Assembly (NCBI GenBank): GCA_963714255.1
Contig: CAVQNU010000031.1
Coordinates: forward strand, 76,323 to 140,322
Reading direction: 5' to 3'
Source of the DNA: an uncultured Alphaproteobacteria bacterium
GTDB lineage: Bacteria > Pseudomonadota > Alphaproteobacteria > Acetobacterales > Acetobacteraceae
Length of the DNA stretch: 64,000 bases
In this document: positions 9,675-19,202 of the stretch, piece after piece
Position numbering within the stretch: position 1 is the stretch's first letter
How the letters are laid out: each line of letters opens with the position of its first letter
Translations under genes and position numbers: made by a program
The notes under the pieces: generated by a model
What the model saw: the letters and a program-made list of their open reading frames with translations, nothing else
The model's database searches: none
Told to the model about the DNA's origin: nothing

Positions 9675-10544
9675 TATTGACCCGGCCTGAGCGGTCTCGG
9701 ATCGAGGCGGATGCCTGCCCAGATATGCGGCAGGCAACACCTTGACATGCGGAGTTTGGCGCCAGCGGCGCAAGAGGAGCGGCGACGCCGGGTGATTGGC
9801 TTGCATGAGAGCGGGTTGACCTACGCGGCGATTGGCCAGGTGGTCGGGCTCACCAAGAACCGGGTGTTCGACATCTGCAAGCGCTACCGGACGCAGGGGA
9901 TGGCGGGGTTACAGAGCGGCCCGCGCGGCCCGTCGCCGGGCACGGGCCGGCTGCTCACGCCGGCGCAGGAGGCGGAGATTCGCCAGTTGATTTGCGACGA
10001 CACGCCCGATGGATATGGCTTGCGCTCGGACGACGTGCGCAGCCGCAGCGACGCCCCCCGAGGCAAGACGCCGATCGTCCGACCCAGCCAGAAGCGGGCC
10101 AATGTTGGCGTGATCTCGGCAGTGAGCAACCAGGGAGAGCGACACCGGATGGTCCTGCATGGCGCGATCCCGGCGCCGGTACTGATCGTCTTGCTTCAAC
10201 GCCTGATCCGCGATGGCGGCGGCAAGGTGCTGCTGATCCTCGACCGGCTGGGGTGCATCGCGCGCGCATGGTGATGGACTGGCTGGCCGGGCCTACCGCG
10301 CAGATCGAAGTGTTCAACCTGCCGGCCCGCAGTCCGAAACTCAACCCGGACGAGGGCATCAACGGTGATCTGAAGCAGGCCGCTACGCGCAAGCCGCCGG
10401 CCCGCAGATCTCGGGAACTGAAGCGCAACGTCATCAACCACATGCGCAAGCTCTCGAACGTCGCCGAGGCGCATCCATAGCTTGTTCCGCCATCCGACGT
10501 TCCGCTATGCGGCTTAATCCCAGTGCACCCGAGCCGGGTCAATA
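9675..10544 (+). mobile_element. Deleted, frameshifted IS630-family element with intact terminal inverted repeats
   Basis: Perfect 12-bp IRs including the flanking TA: tattgacccggc at 9675-9686 and gccgggtcaata at 10533-10544. Internal ORFs 9711-10274 and 9992-10480 encode the HTH N-terminus, then jump to APRGKTPIV...ISAVSNQGE (internal deletion). The DDE C-terminus VHRARMVMDWL...LPARSPKLNPDE is in another frame. Confidence 0.8.
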
Positions 10545-11076
10545 GGCAGATTTTCCGCTTATCGCCGTTTCCGAATTTGGCCCGCCACCTCCGTCGAGAG
10601 TGACGAAGCCGGGGGTGCGCTGAAAGCCTCGGTCAAGGTGCGTCCGCAACTCGCCGCGCCGACGTGACATAGGCTCCCGGCGATATGCCTTCAGGCCGGC
10701 GCAAAACCACCAGATCGGGCCGCGGACAAGCTGCTGGACGGCGCGCTGACGGTGGGTCGCGGCGCATGTCGTCCACGGTGATCCAGGCCGCCGTCTCCAA
10801 CCCCGCCCGCAACAACTCACGGTTGGTCGTCCCTCGGCGCCCAACCATCGACGAAATCGTCCTGCCGATCGATCAGCAGCCGCATAACCTCGCGCCCAAA
10901 ATGCCGATGCCGACCGCCTGCAGCCGGGCCACCGGCCGCTCCACGGTCACCTGGCCCTGGTGGTACGCCTCCTCGCCGTCCGGGATGGCCACCTTTGGAC
11001 GCCTCCCTGACACTTGAGGCAGCAAAACGATGCAAGCAACCATCAACGCAGCGATGATCGCGGAGGCAAGCGGGCG

Positions 11077-11171
11077 ACCGACTTCGACGGCGACGACCAG
11101 GCTACCCTGGCGCTCAATCTCGTGACCGACCATGGCCGGGCGAGGCCACTGTTGTGGCTGCCAGTTGTGGC
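11077..11171 (+). pseudogene. IS4-family transposase remnant, 5' piece
   Basis: DFDGDDQATLALNLVTDHGRARPLLWL block typical of IS4-family transposases. Cut at TA 11172-11173 by the IS630 insertion. Confidence 0.55.
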
Positions 11172-12414
11172 TACTGCCGCGAGTCGTTCATATCGCCGGG
11201 TAGAGCCTCTTGAGCTTCACGCGGGCATCGGCGGTGGTGAACTGCCAGTCGGCTTTGGCGTGATGACGATTGCGGTGCGCCTGCCAGGCGGTGACCTCCT
11301 CGGCCAGCGTGGTCTTGTCGGGAATGCGGCGATCGAGGCATTGCGAGGTCAGCACGCCGAGTTCTGACTCGGCCATGTTCAGCCAACTGCCGTGCTTGGG
11401 TGTGTAGTGCCACTCGAACCGTTCGACCAACCTGCGTGCCTCGGCCGGGGAGAATGCCTTGTAGAGTGACGCCGGGGTGTGGGTGTTGAGGTTGTCCTGC
11501 ACGAGGGTGATCTTGACCGCATCGGGAAAGCGTGTGTCGGCCAGGAACTTGAGGATTTGCGCGTAATCCACTGCGGCGTGATGGTCGGTCACTTCGACGT
11601 GCCGCCAGCCTTCCAGTGGTGCGAACAGCATGAACAGGTTGGCGGTGCCGTTGCGTTCATACTCGTAATCGTAACGAGCCACTTTCCCCGGCCTGGCGGG
11701 AATCGGCACACGCGTCTCAGCGACCAGTTGCTTGGATGTCTCGTCCAGACAGACCAGCGGGCGGGTTGGGTCGTGCGGCCTCTTGTAAACGTCCAGCACA
11801 TCTTCCATGTTGGCGACGAACGCGGCGCTGGCCTCCGGCGGGATGACCCACTGCTTGTTCAGGTGTGGCTTGACAACGTTTTTTTTAGCGTCCGCCCGAT
11901 CGTGTTGTCGCTGGCCTTGTCGACAATGTGCAATTCGACGACGTGCTCTTCCAGCAGTCGAAGCGACCACGCCGCATGTCCCGGAGGCGGCTTGGAGCAG
12001 GCCAGAGCAATCAGCTTCGCCTCGGCGTCACCGTCAAAGATGCGCTTGCGTGCTGAGTTCGGCGAATGCTTGCAGGTTAGCGCGGCGTTCACACCCTCTT
12101 CCACAAACCGTTGGCGCGTCCGCGCGATCGTGTCGACGCTGGTGTCCAGAGCGGCGGCGATCTGGCTGTCACTCCAGGCATCACCGTTTTCGGAGGCGTC
12201 GGCCTTCAGCAGAATGCGGGCCTTCAGCAAACGCCGCGCCGCGCTCTTGCCGACGTTGGTCAGCGCGCTCAGATGCTCGCGCTCCTCGGCGGTCAGTTTC
12301 ACGACATACTTCTTCGCACCCGCTGCTTCGCTGGCCATCGACTCGAGTTCCTCATTGAGCTCTCGGAACCATCGAGTCAGCATCCCGCCACAAGGTCAAG
12401 GACGCGAGGCACTA
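11172..12414 (-). mobile_element. Intact IS630-family insertion sequence flanked by TA
   Basis: Imperfect terminal IRs (about 12/17 matches: ctgccgcgagtcgttca versus the reverse complement of 12396-12412). Each abuts a TA dinucleotide (11172-11173 and 13 bp-inside 12413-12414), consistent with TA target duplication. The element carries the two-frame transposase listed below. Confidence 0.7.
11188..12383 (-). CDS. IS630-family transposase, two overlapping frames joined by a probable -1 frameshift on A8
   Basis: ORF A (12383-11859) holds HTH domains. ORF B (11970-11188) holds the DDE domain (LDETS..., YERNGTANLF, QDNLNTHT, SWLNMAESE). An A8 run at 11879-11886 lies in the overlap. The fused reading gives ...GRTLKKNVVKPHLNKQWVIPPE. 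Confidence 0.8.
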
Positions 12415-12535
12415 CGAGTGTGGAAGGACAACTCGAAGGATCGGCGAAACGACTTCGAGGATGCATGTTTGCTGCGATGGTCGCAACTCGTTCCGCCAGG
12501 GCTGCATGCTCTACGGGCCGATTCCGAACATGACC
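12415..12535 (+). pseudogene. IS4-family transposase remnant, continuation after the IS630 insertion
   Basis: Right flank reads KDRRNDFEDACLLRWSQLVPPGLHALRAD, the block that follows PLLW in IS4-type transposases. Degenerate beyond about 12535. Confidence 0.45.
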
Positions 12536-12544
12536 GAGCGCCGG

Positions 12545-13293
12545 CTCCTTCCTCTGATGCAGCGGTTCGGCGGCACGTTTCATCGACCGTATCGGCAAGG
12601 GCATCCGCGCCGCACCTCGCGATGCTCTGGTGGCGGATATCGCACCTGCGCATCTTCGCGGCGCAAGTTTCGGACTGCGGCAGTCGCTCGACACGATAGC
12701 GGCTTTCTTCGGTCCGGGCCTTGCTCCGGGCCTTATGTGGCTGACGGCCAACAGTTCCCAGGCCGTGTTCTGGATCGCGGTCATTCCGGCATTGCTGTCG
12801 CTGATGGTTCTCGCAGTACACGAACGCGCGCGGCCGGAAGGACTGCGCAAGGTACGCGCACCCTTGAGCCCGCAGAACCGAAGCCGCTCGGCACGTCGTA
12901 TTGGTGGGTCGTTGGCTTTGCCACATCGCTCACGCCGGCACGGTTTGGCGAGGCGTCTCTGGTTCTGCGCGCGCAAACGGTGGGCCTGTCGCTTGTCCTC
13001 GTTCCGCTTGGCCTGGTGGTCATCAACGTCGTCTATGCGCTCGCCGCCTATCCGGCGGGCGCGCTGCCAGATCGTTGCGACTAAAATACGCTGCTGATGA
13101 TAGTCTGCGGAATTCCCATTGCAGACGATGTTGCGCTGGCAATATCCGGCGGTCTCAAAAGCATCACGACCGCCGTTATCCTCTGGGCTTGCATATGGGG
13201 TTCACGCAAGAACTTCTTGCCACCCTTGTTGCCGATATGGCACCGTTGGAATTGCCTGGCGGGGCCTATGGCGTTTTCAATCCGTTCGGTCGT
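12545..13293 (+). pseudogene. MFS transporter fragments (5'-truncated, frameshifted, 3' cut by ISAs1)
   Basis: DRIGKGIRAAPRDALVADIAPAHLRGASFGLRQSLDT, then RFGEASLVLRAQTVGLS...VYALAAYPAGALPDR and GLHMGFTQELLATLVADMAPLEL..AYGVFN, spread over three frames. Confidence 0.65.
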
Positions 13294-14577
13294 CACGGCT
13301 GTTCAATCCTGCCGACGAGCTACCGTGAGTCCGGGAGGCAACACCGGCGTGCCAAAGCGAAGCTCATGGGAAACAAGGGGATTCCCCTGGCGGCTGATCT
13401 CTGAACTCCTGGGGCGGCAACCGAGCTGGAGGTTGCCGTGACCGCATTCGCGCCGTTGCTGACCCTTCTGCAGGAAGTCCCCGATCCCCGGCGGGCACAG
13501 GGCCGACGCTACCAACTCGCCTACGTGCTGCTGTTCGCTATCCTGGCCATCGTCTCCGGCGCCAATACCTATCGCGACATCGCCATTTTCATCGACGAGC
13601 ACCGCGAGGCCCTGAACGCGACCTTTGCTCTGGCGTGGTGTCGTGCGCCTGCGCACACGGCTATTCGCTACATCCTGCACAAGCTTGACCCCCTTGCCCT
13701 GGAAGCCGCCTTCCGCCGCCACGCTGCCCTGCTGCAAACCGCACTTGCCAAGGCTGGATCGGTCAGCATCGCCATCGACGGCAAAACACTGCGCGGCAGC
13801 TTCGACAACTTTCGCGACCGCGCCGCGGCCCAGATGCTCAGCGCCTTCGCCATCGAAACTGCGCTCGTGCTCGCCCATCTCGACATCGACGAGAAATCCA
13901 ACGAGATCCCGGCCGCCCAGGCGCTGCTCGCCGAACTCGCGCTGGCCGGTCACCGCGTCAGCCTCGACGCCCTGCACTGCCAGAAGAAAACCTTCGAGGC
14001 AGCAGCCGAGGCCAACGCCACCGTAGTCGTCCGGCTCAAGGACAACCAGCCCGCCCTGCATCAGCAGGCCCAGACGATATGCACCGAGACGGTCCCGCTC
14101 GGCAGCACCACCAGCCGCGAAAAGGGACGCAGCCGCGACGAGACACGCTCCGTCAGCGTGTTCGCTCCGGCCGACAGGCTCGCCGATAGCGAATGGCAGC
14201 CGCACGTCGCCAGCATCATCCGCGTCGAACGCAGCGTGTACAGCCGCATCACCAAGACCGGCCTGTGGCAACGCTCCAGCGAGGTCGCCCTCTACCTCTC
14301 GAACGCCGTGCTCACCGCCACCGGTGCCGCCGAAGCCGTGCGCGGCCATTGGCGAATCGAGAATACGTCCCACTACAGCCGCGATGTCACCATGGGCGAG
14401 GATGCCTCTCGCATCCGAACCAATCCCGGCATCTTCGCCCGTCTGCGCAGCTTCGCTTTCAACATCCTCAAAGCCAACCGGCGCAGCACCCTACGCCAGG
14501 ATCGCTACCGCGCAACCATCAGAGGACTCGACAAGCTGCTGACCTATCTCGCAATTCCACAGCGTTGAACAGCCGTG
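13294..14577 (+). mobile_element. ISAs1-family insertion sequence
   Basis: Perfect 13-bp terminal IRs: cacggctgttcaa at 13294-13306 and ttgaacagccgtg at 14565-14577. They enclose the transposase ORF. No obvious target-site duplication. Confidence 0.75.
13438..14568 (+). CDS. ISAs1-family (H-repeat type) transposase
   Basis: 376 aa. LQEVPDPRRAQGRRY N-terminal signature, IAIDGKTLRGS, LDALHCQKKT and HWRIENTSHYSRDVTMGED blocks. Confidence 0.85.
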   Translation: MTAFAPLLTLLQEVPDPRRAQGRRYQLAYVLLFAILAIVSGANTYRDIAIFIDEHREALNATFALAWCRAPAHTAIRYILHKLDPLALEAAFRRHAALLQTALAKAGSVSIAIDGKTLRGSFDNFRDRAAAQMLSAFAIETALVLAHLDIDEKSNEIPAAQALLAELALAGHRVSLDALHCQKKTFEAAAEANATVVVRLKDNQPALHQQAQTICTETVPLGSTTSREKGRSRDETRSVSVFAPADRLADSEWQPHVASIIRVERSVYSRITKTGLWQRSSEVALYLSNAVLTATGAAEAVRGHWRIENTSHYSRDVTMGEDASRIRTNPGIFARLRSFAFNILKANRRSTLRQDRYRATIRGLDKLLTYLAIPQR

Positions 14578-14956
14578 CCTCTCACCAGAGGCCGCGGCCC
14601 CACCACAGTTAAGCCAGTGGCGCTCTTATCGGCGTTACTTCTCGGCGTCGCACGCAATTCGACAGCATCATCAGGCCCTGGGAAAACCGGTCCACGGCGG
14701 CGCTTGCGTCAGCGTGTCGTGTCCCCATGTATCCTATTGGCATGGAGACGCTGCGCATATCTTTGCCCATTCTGCGCCCGGGAACCGCTTCTTTCGGGAA
14801 CGACAACGCACTGCTTTGCCCTCCAGTCTCAAAGTTGCCTCACGAGTCGCTCAGAGCTTGATTGTGAATTCGCCCGCCTAGCGGGCGCATGATAGAGCCC
14901 AACGCAACGGGAGCGCGTTCCCACCACACAACAAGTTTCTCCAGGAAGGCTTGCCA

Positions 14957-16123
14957 ATGAACTCGCGTACCGACGAGCCGTCGGATGACATCGCGTACCC
15001 ATCCAGTATCGCCTTCCTGCTGGTCCACCTGGCCTGCTTTGCCGCCTTCTGGACCGGCGTGAACGCGGCGGCGCTGCTGCTCGGCGTCGGGCTGTATCTG
15101 CTGCGCATGTTCGCGATCACCGCTGGGTACCACCGCTACTTCTCGCACCGTGCCTTCCGCACCAGCCGCGCCTTCCAGTTTGTGCTGGCCTTCGTGGCGC
15201 AGACCTCCGCCCAGAAGGGAGCCCTGTGGTGGGCAGCCCATCATCGCCGTCACCACCGCTTCTCCGACACCGAGCTCGATGTGCACTCACCATCGCAGCG
15301 CGGCTTTTTCTACGCGCATGTCGGCTGGATCTTCGTGCCCCGCAACGACCCCACCGACCACGCCGCCATTCGTGACCTGGGGAAATTCCAGGAACTGCGT
15401 TGGCTCGACAGGTACCCCCATTTGCCCGCGACGCTGCTCGCGGCAGCCGCGTGGCTGGTCGCCGGCTGGCCGGGACTGATCGTCGGCTTCTGCTGGAGCA
15501 CGGTGGCAACCTGGCATGCAACCTTCTGCATCAACTCGCTCGCCCACGTGTCCGGCCGCCGGCGCTATGTCACCGGCGACGACTCCCGCAACAACTGGTG
15601 GCTCGCGCTGCTGACCCTGGGCGAGGGCTGGCACAACAATCACCACGCCTACCAGGCCTCCGCCCGGCAGGGCTTCCGCTGGTGGGAATACGACCCGACC
15701 TATTATGCACTGCAGATGCTGTCGTGGCTGCGCATCGTCTGGGACCTGCACGTTCCCCCGCAGGCCCTCTTGCGAGGCGAGCACCGGCTGGGACGGCTCG
15801 TCATCGACAAGGTGGCCGGCCAGCTTGCCGCCTCCTTTCCCGTCAATCACATCGCAAGCCAGGCGCTGGAGGCGTTGGTTCGCGCGCCGGGCTGGACTGA
15901 GCTGAAGCTGCGGCTGGCCTCCGCCGGCATGCAAGCGGAACTCTTCTGGCGCGACATCGACCTGCCGGAGATCCCCACGCTTGACGACGTGCGCCGCTAT
16001 GCCCGCGAACGCCTGTCCCGGACGCCATCGCTCGACGAGATCGCCGTGCGCGCCCGCGAGCGGTTATTGGAACTGGTATATTCGCGCCTGAACGAAGCTG
16101 TCGCGGCGCCGGCGGCCGGATAA
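14957..16123 (+). CDS. Membrane acyl-CoA/acyl-lipid (delta-9 type) fatty acid desaturase with C-terminal extension
   Basis: Three His boxes: HRYFSH, HHRRHHRFSD, HNNHHAY. AGGAAGG SD lies 8 nt before the ATG at 14957. About 100 extra C-terminal residues. Confidence 0.85.
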   Translation: MNSRTDEPSDDIAYPSSIAFLLVHLACFAAFWTGVNAAALLLGVGLYLLRMFAITAGYHRYFSHRAFRTSRAFQFVLAFVAQTSAQKGALWWAAHHRRHHRFSDTELDVHSPSQRGFFYAHVGWIFVPRNDPTDHAAIRDLGKFQELRWLDRYPHLPATLLAAAAWLVAGWPGLIVGFCWSTVATWHATFCINSLAHVSGRRRYVTGDDSRNNWWLALLTLGEGWHNNHHAYQASARQGFRWWEYDPTYYALQMLSWLRIVWDLHVPPQALLRGEHRLGRLVIDKVAGQLAASFPVNHIASQALEALVRAPGWTELKLRLASAGMQAELFWRDIDLPEIPTLDDVRRYARERLSRTPSLDEIAVRARERLLELVYSRLNEAVAAPAAG

Positions 16124-16414
16124 GATCGCGGGGGGCGTTCATCCAGCACGGCCGAGGAAAACGCGGCCGACCAGGGCGGCCCGCTCTCAGCCCTGAATGT
16201 CGCAGAAGCCCCGGTATGGAAACCGGCCATGTCGAGGTCACGCCATAGAACATCGCCTGACCCCGGACAGGTCTGACACTCGCCTGTAGCGGGTCCAAGC
16301 GGCGTCAGCGACCAGCCGCCCTCATGGAACAGTCTCCTGGCGTTACGCGAAAGCCGCTGGCCTTGCCGGAGGCCGCGGCGTGATCGCCGGCGCAACCGCA
16401 GCGCCGCCGAGGAT

Positions 16415-16825
16415 GTGGTGCAGGAGGCGTTCCTGCGGGTCTGGACCAAGGCGCGCGACTGGGACCGCAGCGGTGCGGCGCGGTTCGCCGGCTGGTTCGG
16501 CCGCGTCACGGTCAATCTGGCCATCGATGGAGCGCGCCGCGTGCGCGAGGACCCTTTGGACGACACGCTCCCCCTCGCCGATCCAGGCCTGGCCTCCGAT
16601 GATGCCGTGCATGCGGGGCAGATTGCCCGGCGCATCGGCCAGGCCCTGGCGACGCTGCCGGAGCGTCAGCGCGTCGCCTTCGCGCTCTGCCAGATCGACC
16701 GGATGAGCAATGGCGAAGCCGCGCAATCGCTCGGCATCAGCACCGGCGCGCTGGAGTTGCTGCTGGTGCGCGCCCGCAAGGCGATGCGTTTGAAGCTCGC
16801 CGACATGATCGAGGCAATCCGATGA
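16415..16825 (+). CDS. ECF-type sigma-70 factor, N-terminally short or disrupted
   Basis: AEDVVQEAFLRVW (region 2.2-2.3) sits at the very start of the ORF. Region 4 HTH: MSNGEAAQSLGISTGALELLLVRARKAM. Upstream region-2.1-like residues can only be read by switching frames. Confidence 0.65.
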   Translation: MVQEAFLRVWTKARDWDRSGAARFAGWFGRVTVNLAIDGARRVREDPLDDTLPLADPGLASDDAVHAGQIARRIGQALATLPERQRVAFALCQIDRMSNGEAAQSLGISTGALELLLVRARKAMRLKLADMIEAIR

Positions 16826-17085
16826 CACTCAGCGAATTCGAGGACAACATCGGCCGCTACGGCACGGCGATCGACACCTGGCCGCAGACCGTGCGCGCCG
16901 CCGCCCTGGCCTTGCTGGCCACGAGCCCGGAGGCCACGCGCCTGCTCGAACAGGCAAGGCTGCCGCTGCCGCCGGAGCGCCCGAGGATCGTCGCCATCGG
17001 CCAATGCCGGGACGCGCCGGTGGAGGCACGTGGGCACCGAGCCATGGATGCCGCAGGATCAGGCAGCGGCCGCCTGAATCCGTGA
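16822..17085 (+). CDS. Short putative anti-sigma factor (possibly truncated)
   Basis: ATGA overlap with the sigma gene. N-terminus MTLSEFEDNIGRYGTAIDTWPQ..RAAALALLA resembles small anti-sigma N-termini. No TM segment before the stop. Confidence 0.4.
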   Translation: MTLSEFEDNIGRYGTAIDTWPQTVRAAALALLATSPEATRLLEQARLPLPPERPRIVAIGQCRDAPVEARGHRAMDAAGSGSGRLNP

Positions 17086-17250
17086 CGATACGTTAATCTG
17101 TGGCGACACGTTCGCCGCGCGGTCATTGCGGGGAACAACAGAACCATCCTGTGTCGGAGTGTCGGCAGGTGCGTCGCCGGGAGAATGTGGAGCCGACATG
17201 ACCCAGTCTGTCACCATTTTCGCCCAGAGCTGGTTGTTGTAAGTAGACAT
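17059..17250 (-). CDS. Small hypothetical protein
   Basis: 63 codons. Strong GGAGGTG SD 6 nt upstream of the ATG at 17250. Convergent with, and overlapping, the 3' end of the anti-sigma ORF. Confidence 0.4.
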   Translation of the reverse strand: MSTYNNQLWAKMVTDWVMSAPHSPGDAPADTPTQDGSVVPRNDRAANVSPQINVSSRIQAAAA

Positions 17251-17641
17251 GTGACACCTCCGACCGTTAGGACTGACACAGGTTGATGATGGAAGTTTGT
17301 TCCGCCATTAAGGCGGCTCTGAGGCATTTCCAGGGAATATTTGCCACAGGATACGAAGTTCACATTGGCGACGCTCAGGCACGCTTCCCTGTGCCGCATG
17401 GGTGGCAATGACCATGGTCTGGGGCCTGAAACCGTTGTCCCATCCGCAAACGGGGTGGCGATTGGCGACATCCCTGCACGTTGTCGGATCCGTTGGGCGT
17501 GGAATACCAACTCAGCTCTCGTCGCCCGCACGAGGGCGGTGGCCGACGCTCCCACATCACCGCAGGCAAATTGGTATTCGGCAACGGTTAATGCCGGGCG
17601 CCTATGGCGGTCCGTCTCTGCGACCGACCCCAGGAACTCCC

Positions 17642-18175
17642 ATGGCCACCTTCCCTGCCCGTTCCCGGCTGCGGACCCTGATCATCACCGCACGCGCCAT
17701 CGTCTCCGCCGCCACGGCCCTGTTCGTCGTGTTCGGTCCTGCCTGGGCCATCGACGGCTTGGTTGATCGCGCCAACCGCCGCGAGTTGCGGGGCCATTAC
17801 GAGGCACTGCAAGCCACTCTGGTGCAGGAGGCGCAGCGCGCCGAGGCGATGGCCGCAATTGTGGCCGCGATACCGCAGGTCGCCGAGGCAATGCAGCGGG
17901 GCGATCGTGCAGCGCTTGCGGCCATGTGCGGAACCGCTTTCACCGGGCTGAAAACCGGCTACGGCATCGAGCAGTTTCAGTTTCACCTGCCTCCTGCGAC
18001 CTCGTTCCTGCGGGTCAACCAACCCGAGAAATTCGGCGACGACTTGTCCGCGTTCCGCCAGACCGTGGTGCAGGCCAATGCCCCCCGTCAGCCGGTGCTG
18101 GGGCTCGAACGCGAAGTCACAGGGCTTGGCAATCGCGGAGTCGTGCCGTTCGCCCAGGCCGGCCGCCACCCGGCA
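17642..18175 (+). pseudogene. N-terminal fragment of a Cache-domain sensor (MCP or kinase), truncated
   Basis: TM helix LIITARAIVSAATALFVVF followed by a Cache-type block QFQFHLPPATSFLRVNQPEKFGDDLSAFRQTVVQANA..PVLGLE..VTGLGNRGVVPF. Recognisable sequence is lost after about 18175 and no transmitter domain follows. Confidence 0.6.
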
Positions 18176-19202
18176 TGCCGCGCCGCGCGTATACCAGTGC
18201 GGTCGCGCCCCGCGCCGATCGTGACGATCTCGCCGTCTTGCGCCGGCGCGCCGTTCCACAGAGGCGCCCCACCAAGGCTGCACGGCACCATGATAGCGAC
18301 GCGGCCGTCCGGCGGCGTGACCAAGGCAATGCGCGCCTGCCGCTCCTTTGCGGCCCGCAACGACATCCGTGCAAGCACGACGCGGATCATGCGGGCGCAG
18401 CAAGGCACGCCGCCGGGCGCCACGAGGGCAACCTCAGCGGTGTCGTTCAGAGCCGCCGGCAACACGAGAAAACCCTGTTCCGGAATGCGCTGTATCTCAT
18501 GGCTCAGCAGATGGCTGTCCTTGGTGAGCCGTCTGAGGTGGACCCCAAGGACCGCCTGAACGCCATGGGGATGCTCCGGCTCTACGGCGTGTTCCCGGCG
18601 CACGACACCGAGACGGCCATCGCAGTCAGGATGCGACCGACCCAGCGACGCCTGGGACGCTATGCCGTCGCACTAAGGCGTTCCTCGGAATCCAACGTGA
18701 TTCCCGAGTCTCCCTGATATCACCCCACCCCGAAATCGCGCTGTACAGCCTTCTTTTGCGTCCACATTTTCAGCTTGAAGTCGAGCAGCGCCTGTCTAAC
18801 GGGGAACGTCTCCGCGCGCAACCAACCGCGTCCAGTCACCGATGCCGACGCATCGCAATGTTCCTACAGCCCAAGCGTTCTGTATAAAGAAATGTTTTCT
18901 ACGAAGATATGCCGCATCGTAGCATTCGCCACGCGCGAAAGGCCATGGTGCCCATGGATGAGAGATGACAAGCACTGGCCAATGTCAACATTGCGGGCCG
19001 TTGACCGCGGATTGGCAGTCCGTTGCGTGTACCATTTGTCCGGCCGGGCGTTCGATTAGGTCTGGCGCTGTCCTATGATAGGACAGCAGGATCGGACCTC
19101 GTGGCACAACTCGCTAACCCAAAGAAGTATTCTGCTTAACTTAATCGTTGCATCGCCACTTTATGTGAAATCGTGCTACATTATCTGAAATTCTACAAAA
19201 CA

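Noticed and set aside
10545-11076. Fragmentary ORFs on both strands between the IS630 derivative and the IS4 remnant
   Set aside because: They are probably degraded mobile-element sequence (possibly the IS4 N-terminus). No block was recognisable with confidence, so the region is left unannotated.
18775-19059. 94-aa ORF in the AT-richer stretch downstream of rnhA, and a possible tRNA near 19060-19140
   Set aside because: The ORF has atypical codon usage and composition for this genome and no SD. The nearby hairpin (ctgtccta-tga-taggacag) lacks cloverleaf arms and conserved T-loop or D-loop sequences.
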